A DNA stretch of 64,000 nt from the NCBI RefSeq assembly GCF_009931435.1, contig NZ_CP043414.1; one strand, given 5' to 3'. Both the position numbers and the translations under genes were made by a program. Shown piece after piece: positions 22,064 to 32,705 of this stretch; position 1 is the stretch's first letter; every line of letters begins with the position of its first letter. Below the pieces are notes generated by a model. It made no database searches, had not been told where the DNA came from, and saw nothing but the letters and a program-made list of their open reading frames with translations. Source of the stretch: Escherichia coli. GTDB lineage: Bacteria > Pseudomonadota > Gammaproteobacteria > Enterobacterales > Enterobacteriaceae.

Positions 22064-22195
22064 AAAATGCGAAGAATAGATTGATACGATGAATATTTAT
22101 TCAAAGGTTATTCGTATCACAGTGGAGATGGCTTTAGTAGCGACGTTTATGCCGTACTTCACATTTTCAGTTTCTGATTATTGAGGAAAGCTGCA

Positions 22196-23695
22196 ATGTC
22201 CGAAACATTTTTGCAAATGAAGCATATCACCAAACGCTTTCCTGGAGTGTTGGCGCTTAATGACGTGCAATTTACCCTACGCCGGGGCGAGGTTCATGCA
22301 TTATTAGGTGAAAATGGTGCAGGAAAATCTACATTAATGAAAATTTTGTCGGGGGTTTATCAACCTGATGAAGGCGAAATAATTTTTGAAGATAAATTAG
22401 TCTCATTTTCTGATCCGTTAAGTGCGCAAAACGTAGGTATTACTATTATTCACCAGGAATTTAATTTATTTCCCGAGCTTACAGTAGAAGAAAATATTTT
22501 TATCGGCAGGGAGTTTTGTAAAAAAAATCGCTGGCGTCTGGATGAGAAACAGCAACGCAAGGCGACGATTGAAATTTTGCAAAAATTAAATTTGGCGATC
22601 AAACCAGATACTCTGGTTGCCGACCTTACGGTAGCTCAACAACAGATGGTAGAAATTGCCAAGGCCATTTCGGTTAACGCCAGGATTCTCATTATGGATG
22701 AACCTACTGCGGCGTTAACAGAAACTGAAATTGAAAGCTTATTTCGCGTCACCCGGTTATTGAAAGAACAGGGGACCGGCATTGTGTATATATCCCACCG
22801 TCTGGAAGAGTTGGCGCTAATTGCCGACCGCGCGACTGTAATGCGTGATGGTCAGTACATCAGCACAGTAGATTATGAGTGCGTAAAAATCAGCGATCTG
22901 ATTGCCATGATGGTTGGTCGCGATTTAGGGAATATCTATCCCCGCCGCGAGGCCATACAGCAGCGGATGCCGGTTCTGGAGGTCAACGGACTGACGCGCA
23001 AAGGCGTACTGAACGATATTAATTTTACGCTTTATCGTGGCGAGATCCTCGGCTTTGCCGGACTGATGGGGGCAGGTCGTACTGAACTTGCGCGTGCGAT
23101 TTTTGGTGCGGACTCCATTGACAGCGGAACGCTAAAGTTAAATGGTAAGGAAACCGTTATTAAAGATATTTCGGATGCTATTCAGCAGGGAATTAGTTAC
23201 CTGACGGAAGACCGAAAAAAAGAAGGGTTGGCACTGAATTTATCTGTTGAACGAAATATTATGTTAGGAAATTACCCTGAGTATTCCGATCGTTTTGGGA
23301 ATGTCGATTCGCGTCGTTGCCAACAAACCAGTGAGGAACAGGTAAAAGCGTTAAGGATTAAAACGCCAAATCTTGAACAGGCTGCATTAAATCTAAGTGG
23401 AGGAAATCAGCAGAAAATTATAATTGCACGTTGGGTGTGTAAAGATACTGATATTTTAATCTTCGATGAACCCACTCGCGGCATTGATGTTGGCGCCAAA
23501 CTGGAAATCTATGAGTTAATGAATCGCCTGGTGGCAAAAGGGAAATCAATCATCATGATCTCCTCTGAATTGCCGGAGGTGTTAGGAATGTGCGACCGTA
23601 TTTTAGTGATGCGCAGTGGTCGAATTACTGGCGAACTTAGCGCAAATGAAGCGACACAAGAAAAAATCATGCAATACGCGACGTTAGAGGATTAA
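22196..23695 (+). CDS. Sugar ABC transporter ATP-binding protein, tandem ABC domains (RbsA/MglA-like)
   Basis: Two Walker A (GENGAGKST; GLMGAGRTE) and two signature motifs (LSGGNQQK); ATG 22196 with GAGGA RBS. Confidence 0.85.
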   Translation: MSETFLQMKHITKRFPGVLALNDVQFTLRRGEVHALLGENGAGKSTLMKILSGVYQPDEGEIIFEDKLVSFSDPLSAQNVGITIIHQEFNLFPELTVEENIFIGREFCKKNRWRLDEKQQRKATIEILQKLNLAIKPDTLVADLTVAQQQMVEIAKAISVNARILIMDEPTAALTETEIESLFRVTRLLKEQGTGIVYISHRLEELALIADRATVMRDGQYISTVDYECVKISDLIAMMVGRDLGNIYPRREAIQQRMPVLEVNGLTRKGVLNDINFTLYRGEILGFAGLMGAGRTELARAIFGADSIDSGTLKLNGKETVIKDISDAIQQGISYLTEDRKKEGLALNLSVERNIMLGNYPEYSDRFGNVDSRRCQQTSEEQVKALRIKTPNLEQAALNLSGGNQQKIIIARWVCKDTDILIFDEPTRGIDVGAKLEIYELMNRLVAKGKSIIMISSELPEVLGMCDRILVMRSGRITGELSANEATQEKIMQYATLED

Positions 23696-23698
23696 ATT

Positions 23699-24682
23699 AT
23701 GACTATCTCTGTAACCTCTCCAGACAGCAATAATAAGAAAATAAAGATAAATAAAGAACTTTTGATGCGCCTTGCGCCTCTTTTTAGCTTAATTATATTA
23801 GTGCTGTTTTTTAGTTTCAGCTCTCCCTTTTTCTTTAATACCGAAAATATCATGACGATTGCTCTGCAAACGTCGGTTATCGGCATTATGGCCATTGGGG
23901 TAACTTTCGTCATTATTACCGCGGGCATCGATCTTTCATTGGGTTCCGTGGTGGCTTTTTCTGGTGTCGCCGTGGGGATTTGCGCCACACTGGGCCTGCC
24001 GCTGCCAGTGTGTATTATTGCCGGTGTTTTAGCCGGTGGAATGTGCGGCTATGTGAATGGTTTGTTGGTCACTAAAATGACTATTCCACCGTTTATCGCT
24101 ACCTTGGGCCTGATGATGTCCGTCAGAGGTATCAATATGGTGATGACCGACGGGCGCGCCATCTATTTTGCCGATTACCCGATGTTCAAAACGCTCGCTC
24201 AGGGACGCTTGTTTGATGTGCTGCCTTATCCTGTTTTCTACCTGGTCATTGTGGCGCTTGTCGGCGCTTACATCCTGAAGAAAACGGTTATTGGTCGCTA
24301 TGTCTATGCCGTAGGCAGTAATGAAGTTGCTGCTCATCTTTCTGGTATTAAAGTTCAGCGCGTGAAAATTTTCGTCTATGCCTTCTGTGGTTTATTAACC
24401 GGGATTGCGGGTGTCATTCTCGCTTCTCGTCTCAACTCCGGACAACCGACGGTGGGTGTGGGTTATGAGCTGGAAGCTATTGCTGCGGTAGTGATCGGCG
24501 GAACCAGCTTAATGGGCGGTATTGGCACTATTGGCGGCACAATCATTGGCGCTTTCATTATGAGTGTACTGAAAAATGGCCTCAATTTAATGGGGGTCTC
24601 TCAGTTCTGGCAAATGGTCGCGATGGGCGTAGTTGTGGTCGCTGCCGTTTACCTCGATACATTACGCAAAAAGATTCGTTGA
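23699..24682 (+). CDS. Sugar ABC transporter permease (RbsC/AraH family)
   Basis: ~10 TM segments, family layout. Confidence 0.85.
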   Translation: MTISVTSPDSNNKKIKINKELLMRLAPLFSLIILVLFFSFSSPFFFNTENIMTIALQTSVIGIMAIGVTFVIITAGIDLSLGSVVAFSGVAVGICATLGLPLPVCIIAGVLAGGMCGYVNGLLVTKMTIPPFIATLGLMMSVRGINMVMTDGRAIYFADYPMFKTLAQGRLFDVLPYPVFYLVIVALVGAYILKKTVIGRYVYAVGSNEVAAHLSGIKVQRVKIFVYAFCGLLTGIAGVILASRLNSGQPTVGVGYELEAIAAVVIGGTSLMGGIGTIGGTIIGAFIMSVLKNGLNLMGVSQFWQMVAMGVVVVAAVYLDTLRKKIR

Positions 24683-24755
24683 CTTAGGCTCCCTGTTTTA
24701 TCGGGAAACAACTGCCCTGACGTTAAGGGTGATTCACTCAGAACGGAGTACAACA

Positions 24756-25706
24756 ATGAAAACCAGGCATTTTATCTATGCGTTATCTCTGCTGGCTTGC
24801 GTAAGTTCCAGCGCACTGGCGAAGGATTTAAATCTTCCGGTTGTTAGTAAAGGTTTCCAACATGAATTCTGGCAAACCGTAAAAATGGGGACTGAAGCTG
24901 CGGCTAAAGAGTTGGGGGATAAAACCAGCTATGTTGGCCCGGCTGATGAAACGCAAATAGCCGAGCAAATTCAGTTAGTCGAAAATGCGATGGCGCAGAA
25001 ACCGAATGGCTTGCTTCTGGCAGCCCTCGACGCGAATGCGCTCGCCCCACTGGTAGAAACGGCAAATTCACGCGGTATCAAAGTGGTGACCTTTGATTCA
25101 GGCATCAATTCAGACATTCCGGTGAGTTTTGTCGCCACCAATAACCGTAAAGCAGGTGCTCAGGCAGCTGATGCCTTAGCTGCGCAGGTAAATAATAAAG
25201 GGAAAGTTGGGATTATCGCGCACGTTGCAGGAACATCTTCCGCTATTGAACGCTCGGAAGGCTTCATGGAGCGTATGAAAGAAAAATATCCTGACATTAA
25301 AGTCTTACCCGTTCAGTACAGCGATGGTGACCCGCAAAAAGCGATGGATAAAACTATCGATATGATTCAGGCCAATCCCGATCTTGCTGGGATCTATGGC
25401 ACCAATGAAGGTTCAACGCTCGGGGTGGCGAATGCCATTGATAGCCAGAATCTGAAAGGTAAGGTGAAGGTCATTGGTTTTGATAGTACGGAAGCGATTA
25501 TTAACTTCCTGAAGAACGGGGTCATTCAGGGCTTTGTTGTTCAGGATGCATACCAGATTGGCTATCAAGGGATCAAAACGTTGAACGCGGCCCTTTCGGG
25601 GCAAGCCGTTGAAAAAGAGATCGATATTCCCGTGAAATTTGTTAATGCCGAGAATATTAACACGCCAGAAATCGACAAACTCCTGCACCCATTCGGTAAG
25701 AAATAA
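24756..25706 (+). CDS. Periplasmic sugar-binding protein (RbsB-like, type I PBP) with signal peptide
   Basis: MKTRHFIYALSLLACVSSSALA signal peptide; GGAG RBS; ORF-track upstream extension overlaps permease and is rejected. Confidence 0.85.
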   Translation: MKTRHFIYALSLLACVSSSALAKDLNLPVVSKGFQHEFWQTVKMGTEAAAKELGDKTSYVGPADETQIAEQIQLVENAMAQKPNGLLLAALDANALAPLVETANSRGIKVVTFDSGINSDIPVSFVATNNRKAGAQAADALAAQVNNKGKVGIIAHVAGTSSAIERSEGFMERMKEKYPDIKVLPVQYSDGDPQKAMDKTIDMIQANPDLAGIYGTNEGSTLGVANAIDSQNLKGKVKVIGFDSTEAIINFLKNGVIQGFVVQDAYQIGYQGIKTLNAALSGQAVEKEIDIPVKFVNAENINTPEIDKLLHPFGKK

Positions 25707-25759
25707 AAAAATTGGGGATGAATTCTCATCCCCGTTATCTCCAGCGTCAGGGAGGCTTT

Positions 25760-27340
25760 ATGCACAACGGTTATTTTCTCGGTGTCGATGTCGGATCGGC
25801 CAGTGTCAGGGCAGGCGTTTACAGTGCCAGTGGCCACAGGCTGGCATTCGCTACTGCGCCCGTCTCCCAGTTTCGCCCTGGCGGCGAGCGTGTCGAACAG
25901 TCTTCGGCAGAGATCTGGCAACAAGTTTGTAAAACGGTGAAAGAGGCGACAGCTTTGGCAGGCATCCCCATTTCCGCAATTCGCTCACTGGGTTTTGACG
26001 CTACCTGCTCGCTGGTTGTTCTTGATGAACAAGGCCAGGGTTTAGCGGTTTCGTCCGGTGGATCTGCGAATCACGACATTATTATGTGGATGGATCATCG
26101 TGCAACTGTCGAGACGGCGCAGATTAACGCAACGAAGGATCCCGTATTGCGCTACGTTGGCGGCGAAGTGAGCGTCGAGATGGAGTTACCAAAGTTACGT
26201 TGGTTGAAGACGCATCTACCGCAAACCTGGCAGGCCGCTCATCGCTTTTTCGATCTGGCGGATTTTCTGGTCTGGAAAGCAACAGGGCGAGACGTCGCGG
26301 GATTGTGCACGCTAACGTGTAAATGGAATTATCTGGCTCATGAACAACGCTTTAGCCATAGCTTACTGGAATCGGTAGACCTGACCGACATGCTCGAAAG
26401 AATTCCCGCCGAAATTCTTCCGCCTGGTGCTGCCGTGGGAACTTTAACTGCCACAGCTGCTGAAGAATTAGGATTAACGACCAATGTTATCGTGGCCAGT
26501 GGTTTGATTGATGCCCATGCCGGTGGCATGGCGCTGGCTGGCGCGCAGCCATCAGGAACGCTGGCATTGATAAGCGGAACGTCGAATTGCCACATGTTGT
26601 GCAGTGAAAAAGAAATATTCACCCCTGGCGTCTGGGGGCCATACTGGTCGGCCATGTTGCCAAATTACTGGCTAACTGAAGGCGGGCAAAGCGCCGCAGG
26701 GGCGCTGGTGGAGTGGACGCTTCAGGAGTCCGGGGCAAGCGCAAATCTTTTTAACAAGGCGCAGCAACGCGGGTGTCATCCGATTCAACTGATTAATGAA
26801 TGGGTAGCCGCCCTGGAAGCTAACGAGTCAGAACCCACACGAAATTTACATGTGCTTGCCGATCATCACGGCAACCGTTCGCCACGAGCGCGGCCCGATG
26901 CCAGAGGCAGTGTTTATGGCTTAACACTGGAGCGTGGTGAAAATCAGCTCGCGCGGCTTTATCTTGCGACTTTACAGGCAATAGCCTTTGGCACCAGACA
27001 TATTATTGAAACTCTGCGGGAAAATGGGCATACCATTACCCGATTAACATTATGTGGTGGTGCAACGCACAACCCTTTATGGCTACGCGAATATGCAGAC
27101 GTGACAGGTTGCGATATCCACCTGATGCAAGAAGAAGATGCCGTTACGTTGGGCGCAGCAATTAGCGGCGCTGTTGCCAGCGGAGCATGGGGGGATTTTA
27201 CATCTGCGTGTAAAGCAATGGTTGAAGCCGGAGAGGTTATTCAGGTAAATCCACAACGCCGTGAATTTTTAGAGCGTAAATACCGGGTTTACCTGACGCT
27301 TTGGGAGCAACAACAGGCGGTTAACCAACTGATGCAATAA
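25760..27340 (+). CDS. FGGY-family carbohydrate (pentulose-type) kinase
   Basis: GVDVGSASVRAGV N-terminal FGGY motif; ~526 aa; GGAGG RBS. Confidence 0.8.
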   Translation: MHNGYFLGVDVGSASVRAGVYSASGHRLAFATAPVSQFRPGGERVEQSSAEIWQQVCKTVKEATALAGIPISAIRSLGFDATCSLVVLDEQGQGLAVSSGGSANHDIIMWMDHRATVETAQINATKDPVLRYVGGEVSVEMELPKLRWLKTHLPQTWQAAHRFFDLADFLVWKATGRDVAGLCTLTCKWNYLAHEQRFSHSLLESVDLTDMLERIPAEILPPGAAVGTLTATAAEELGLTTNVIVASGLIDAHAGGMALAGAQPSGTLALISGTSNCHMLCSEKEIFTPGVWGPYWSAMLPNYWLTEGGQSAAGALVEWTLQESGASANLFNKAQQRGCHPIQLINEWVAALEANESEPTRNLHVLADHHGNRSPRARPDARGSVYGLTLERGENQLARLYLATLQAIAFGTRHIIETLRENGHTITRLTLCGGATHNPLWLREYADVTGCDIHLMQEEDAVTLGAAISGAVASGAWGDFTSACKAMVEAGEVIQVNPQRREFLERKYRVYLTLWEQQQAVNQLMQ

Positions 27341-27404
27341 GACAAAAGTTGAAAATACTTTTATGATTGTGATTTGACGTCTGGATGTTAACTGGGAAAT
27401 ACCT

Positions 27405-28403
27405 ATGGCTAAAACAGTAGAGCAGATAGCCAGCGACCTGAATTTATCGGTTACGACCGTGCGACTGGTGCTAAATGGAAAAGCGGAACAATATCGAATC
27501 AGCGTCAAAACCCAAACGCGTATCAATGAATATGTTGAACGCTATGGTTATATCATTAATCATTCCGCTCGCAGCCTTAAGCTTAACAAAACTGATACAT
27601 TAGGGTTGATTGTTCCCAACATATCCAACGTCTTTTTTGCTACGCTGGCAGAAAAACTCGAACAACGCTGTCGACGTTCCGGATATCAACTTACAATCAG
27701 TTGCACTTATGATGATGTTGACTATGAAAATAAATTGACGAAAGCATTTATCGCACGAAATGTAGATGGTCTTTTTATTGTTCCTTCGACGCTGGAAAAT
27801 CAGCAGCATCATTTACGCAAAATTCGTAAGCCAATGGTTTTACTCGATCGTGATTTTAAATATACCGATAACGCATTGGTAGAGAGTAATAATATTTCTG
27901 GCGGAGAAAAGCTGACGCAAAATATTCTTGAGGCCGGGCAGGCTCCAGTATGGTTTTTGCTGGGAGATGCCGGTTTGCCGAGTATCAGCGATCGTCTGAC
28001 AGGTTATTTGAATGCGTTGGCAAAAAAAGGGATTACCCATCGCGATTGGGTGCGGGAAGGTCCGGTAAATACTCCGGAAGGCGGCTATGTCATTATGGAA
28101 AAACTCATTGAAGAGCAGGGATGTCCGCAGGCATTTATCGCCTCGTCTTTACCTGTGCTTGAAGGCGCTGTCCGCGCGATTCGCGACCGTCTTGGCGCTG
28201 TACCGCCAGAAATCAATATTGGCACTTTCGATGAACATCCTATGCTGGGATTTCTCGCCAACAATGTCTGGTCAATGCAGCAGGATGAAAATGCCTGGGC
28301 AGAAAAAGCGTTCGAAATGATGTTAAGCGCGATCGAAGAAAGACCAGTAAAAAAAACAGTTAAAGTAGAAATGAAATTAATTAAGCGCATAAGAAAAAAA
28401 TAA
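27405..28403 (+). CDS. LacI-family transcriptional regulator
   Basis: N-terminal HTH (TVEQIASDLNLSVTTVRLVLNG) plus periplasmic-binding-like effector domain. Confidence 0.85.
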   Translation: MAKTVEQIASDLNLSVTTVRLVLNGKAEQYRISVKTQTRINEYVERYGYIINHSARSLKLNKTDTLGLIVPNISNVFFATLAEKLEQRCRRSGYQLTISCTYDDVDYENKLTKAFIARNVDGLFIVPSTLENQQHHLRKIRKPMVLLDRDFKYTDNALVESNNISGGEKLTQNILEAGQAPVWFLLGDAGLPSISDRLTGYLNALAKKGITHRDWVREGPVNTPEGGYVIMEKLIEEQGCPQAFIASSLPVLEGAVRAIRDRLGAVPPEINIGTFDEHPMLGFLANNVWSMQQDENAWAEKAFEMMLSAIEERPVKKTVKVEMKLIKRIRKK

Positions 28404-28535
28404 TAATCGCCAAAAGATATCAGGCTACTGAACAATGATATTCAGTGGCCTCCCCTTACTAAAAATAACCCCGTCTTCATTTGCGGTGCTGTTTTACGCA
28501 ACAAGGCGAGCTGAAACTGTATCTGGAGAATAGAA

Positions 28536-29183
28536 ATGGAAAGAACACGTTTATCCCGTGAAATAATTGAAACCTGTCTGGAAATGACGCGCCTTGGGTT
28601 AAATCAGGGGACAGCGGGGAATGTCAGCACACGTTTTGAAAACGGCATGTTGATTACTCCCAGCGGTATTCCTTATGAAAGAATGACGGAGAATATGATT
28701 GTCTATGTTGATGGCAACGGCAAATACGAAGAAGGTAAGATTCCTTCCAGCGAATGGCGTTTCCATATGGCGGCCTATCAAAGCAGACCGGATGCCAACG
28801 CGGTTGTTCACAATCATGCCGTTCATTGCACGGCAGTTTCCATTCTTAACCGACCGATCCCTGCTATTCACTACATGATTGCGGCGGCTGGCGGTAATTC
28901 TATTCCTTGCGCGCCTTATGCGACCTTTGGAACTCGGGAACTTTCTGAACATGTTGCGCTGGCTCTCAAAAATCGTAAGGCAACTTTGTTACAACATCAT
29001 GGGCTTATCGCTTGTGAGGTGAATCTGGAGAAAGCGTTATGGCTGGCGCATGAAGTTGAAGTGCTGGCGCAACTTTACCTGACGACCCTGGCGATTACGG
29101 ACCCGGTGCCAGTGCTGAGCGATGAAGAGATTGCCGTAGTGCTGGAGAAATTCAAAACCTACGGGTTACGGATTGAAGAGTAA
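28536..29183 (+). CDS. fucA: L-fuculose-1-phosphate aldolase
   Basis: Near-complete match to FucA from memory (..GTAGNVS..HNHAVHCTAVSILNR..); 215 aa. Confidence 0.9.
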   Translation: MERTRLSREIIETCLEMTRLGLNQGTAGNVSTRFENGMLITPSGIPYERMTENMIVYVDGNGKYEEGKIPSSEWRFHMAAYQSRPDANAVVHNHAVHCTAVSILNRPIPAIHYMIAAAGGNSIPCAPYATFGTRELSEHVALALKNRKATLLQHHGLIACEVNLEKALWLAHEVEVLAQLYLTTLAITDPVPVLSDEEIAVVLEKFKTYGLRIEE

Positions 29184-29207
29184 TTTCGTAAAGCAACAAG
29201 GAGAAGG

Positions 29208-30359
29208 ATGATGGCTAACAGAATGATTCTGAACGAAACGGCATGGTTTGGTCGGGGGGCTGTTGGAGCTTTAACCGATGAGGTGAAACGCCGTGGTTAT
29301 CAGAAGGCACTGATCGTCACCGATAAAACGCTGGTGCAATGCGGCGTGGTGGCGAAAGTGACCGATAAGATGGATGCTGCAGGGCTGGCATGGGCGATTT
29401 ACGATGGTGTAGTGCCCAACCCGACAATTACTGTCGTCAAAGAAGGGCTTGGTGTATTCCAGAGTAGCGGTGCGGATTACCTGATCGCTATTGGTGGTGG
29501 TTCTCCACAGGACACGTGTAAAGCGATTGGCATCATCAGCAACAACCCGGAATTCGCCGATGTGCGCAGTCTGGAAGGGCTTTCCCCGACCAATAAACCC
29601 AGTGTACCGATTCTGGCAATCCCCACCACAGCAGGCACTGCGGCAGAAGTGACCATTAACTATGTGATCACTGACGAAGAAAAACGACGCAAGTTCGTTT
29701 GTGTTGATCCGCATGATATCCCGCAGGTGGCATTTATTGACGCTGACATGATGGATGGTATGCCGCCTGCGCTGAAAGCCGCGACGGGTGTCGATGCGCT
29801 CACTCATGCTATTGAGGGGTATATTACCCGTGGCGCGTGGGCGCTAACCGATGCACTGCACATTAAAGCGATTGAAATCATTGCTGGGGCGCTGCGAGGA
29901 TCGGTTGCTGGTGATAAGGATGCCGGAGAAGAAATGGCGCTCGGGCAGTATGTTGCGGGTATGGGCTTCTCGAATGTTGGGTTAGGGTTGGTGCATGGTA
30001 TGGCGCATCCACTGGGCGCGTTTTATAACACGCCACACGGTGTTGCGAACGCCATCCTGTTACCGCATGTCATGCGCTATAACGCTGACTTTACCGGTGA
30101 GAAGTACCGCGATATCGCGCGCGTTATGGGCGTGAAAGTGGAAGGTATGAGCCTGGAAGAGGCGCGTAATGCCGCTGTTGAAGCGGTATTTGCTCTCAAC
30201 CGTGATGTCGGTATTCCGCCACATTTGCGTGATGTTGGTGTACGCAAGGAAGACATTCCGGCACTGGCGCAGGCGGCTCTGGACGATGTTTGTACCGGTG
30301 GCAACCCGCGTGAAGCAACGCTTGAGGATATTGTAGCGCTTTACCATACCGCCTGGTAA
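29208..30359 (+). CDS. fucO: L-1,2-propanediol oxidoreductase (lactaldehyde reductase)
   Basis: Fe-ADH family; MANRMILNETAWFGRGAVGAL N-terminus. Confidence 0.9.
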   Translation: MMANRMILNETAWFGRGAVGALTDEVKRRGYQKALIVTDKTLVQCGVVAKVTDKMDAAGLAWAIYDGVVPNPTITVVKEGLGVFQSSGADYLIAIGGGSPQDTCKAIGIISNNPEFADVRSLEGLSPTNKPSVPILAIPTTAGTAAEVTINYVITDEEKRRKFVCVDPHDIPQVAFIDADMMDGMPPALKAATGVDALTHAIEGYITRGAWALTDALHIKAIEIIAGALRGSVAGDKDAGEEMALGQYVAGMGFSNVGLGLVHGMAHPLGAFYNTPHGVANAILLPHVMRYNADFTGEKYRDIARVMGVKVEGMSLEEARNAAVEAVFALNRDVGIPPHLRDVGVRKEDIPALAQAALDDVCTGGNPREATLEDIVALYHTAW

Positions 30360-30413
30360 TTGCGCTGATGTGACGATGCCGGATGCGACGTTTGCGCCGT
30401 ATCCGGCACGCCG

Positions 30414-31280
<867 letters not shown>

Positions 31281-32648
31281 TTAATCGCAGGCAACGATCT
31301 TCATCGCCAGGCCACCACGAGAGGTTTCGCGGTACTTGGCATTCATATCTTTACCTGTTTCGTACATGGTTTCGATAACTTTATCGAGGCAGACACGTGG
31401 TTCGCTGGTACGGCGTAGCGCCATACGTGCAGCGTTCACCGCTTTTACTGCCGCAATGGCGTTACGCTCAATGCACGGTACCTGAACTTGTCCAGCAACC
31501 GGGTCACAAGTCAGACCGAGGTTGTGTTCCATGGCGATTTCCGCCGCGATGCACACCTGCGCCGGGCTTGCGCCTAACAGTTCTGCCAGACCAGCTGCCG
31601 CCATAGAGCACGCCACGCCAACTTCACCCTGGCAACCCACTTCAGCACCAGAAATCGAGGCGTTCATTTTATAAAGAGAGCCAATGGCGCTGGCAACCAG
31701 CAGGTAACGAGCCAGTGAGTTAGCGTTCACTTCGCGGATAAACTTGTCGTAGTACGCCAGCACTGCCGGGATAATCCCGCACGCACCGTTAGTCGGCGCA
31801 GTCACCACGCGACCGCCCGCAGCGTTCTCTTCGTTCACTGCCAGTGCGAACATGTTGATCCAATCAACAACCGCCATCGGGTCAGTGGTGGTTTTATCCT
31901 GGCTGACCAGCATCCGGCGCAGTGCCGCAGCGCGGCGTGGAACGCGCAGTTTGCCTGGCAACACGCCTTCGGTGGCAATACCGCGCTCAATACCGCCACG
32001 CATTACTTCCCAGACGTTCGCCAGGTGCTGTTCCAGTTCTTCTTTGCTGTGCAGCGCCAGCTCGTTTTTCATCATCAGACCAGAGAGTGACAGCCCGGTC
32101 TCCTGACAATGTTTTTGAAGATCGGCAGCGGAACTGTACGGATAAGGAACTTCAACCGGTGCGCTATCCTGCTGGCCAAAATGTTCTTCATCAACAATAA
32201 AGCCACCGCCGATAGAGTAGTAAGTCTGGCTGTAAACGACTTTATCGCCCGCCAGCGCGGTAATGCGCATGCCGTTTTCATGCAGAGAAAGGTTATCGGC
32301 ATGGAAGTTCATGCACTGATCAACCGGGAACTCCACTTCGTGCTGACCGTTTGCCAACATCAGGCGACCATGAGTATTCACATCCTGAATAAAACCAGGG
32401 ATGGAATCGATATCCACGGTATCCGGCAGGTTACCCGCCAGACCCATAATTATGGCGATATCTGTGTGGTGGCCTTTACCGGTCAGAGAGAGCGAGCCGT
32501 ACACGTCAACCACCACGCGGGTCACGTCTTTAAGCAGGTTACGGGCAATCAGATCGTCGGTAAATTGCTTACCCGCTTTCATTGGTCCAACGGTATGAGA
32601 ACTGGAAGGGCCAATGCCGATTTTGAAAATATCGAATACGCTAATCAT
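31281..32648 (-). CDS. sdaB: L-serine dehydratase 2
   Basis: 455 aa; MISVFDIFKIGIGPSSSHTVGPM N-terminus; downstream of sdaC. Confidence 0.9.
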   Translation of the reverse strand: MISVFDIFKIGIGPSSSHTVGPMKAGKQFTDDLIARNLLKDVTRVVVDVYGSLSLTGKGHHTDIAIIMGLAGNLPDTVDIDSIPGFIQDVNTHGRLMLANGQHEVEFPVDQCMNFHADNLSLHENGMRITALAGDKVVYSQTYYSIGGGFIVDEEHFGQQDSAPVEVPYPYSSAADLQKHCQETGLSLSGLMMKNELALHSKEELEQHLANVWEVMRGGIERGIATEGVLPGKLRVPRRAAALRRMLVSQDKTTTDPMAVVDWINMFALAVNEENAAGGRVVTAPTNGACGIIPAVLAYYDKFIREVNANSLARYLLVASAIGSLYKMNASISGAEVGCQGEVGVACSMAAAGLAELLGASPAQVCIAAEIAMEHNLGLTCDPVAGQVQVPCIERNAIAAVKAVNAARMALRRTSEPRVCLDKVIETMYETGKDMNAKYRETSRGGLAMKIVACD

Positions 32649-32705
32649 AGGAAATACATCGCGTTAAAACGGAGGAAGCGCCGCCCGAAAGCGGCGCGAA
32701 AGGAC

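Noticed and set aside
24633-24755. Upstream extension of the binding-protein ORF overlapping the permease gene
   Set aside because: A signal peptide begins at the Met at 24756 with a GGAG RBS; the extension is a reading-frame artefact
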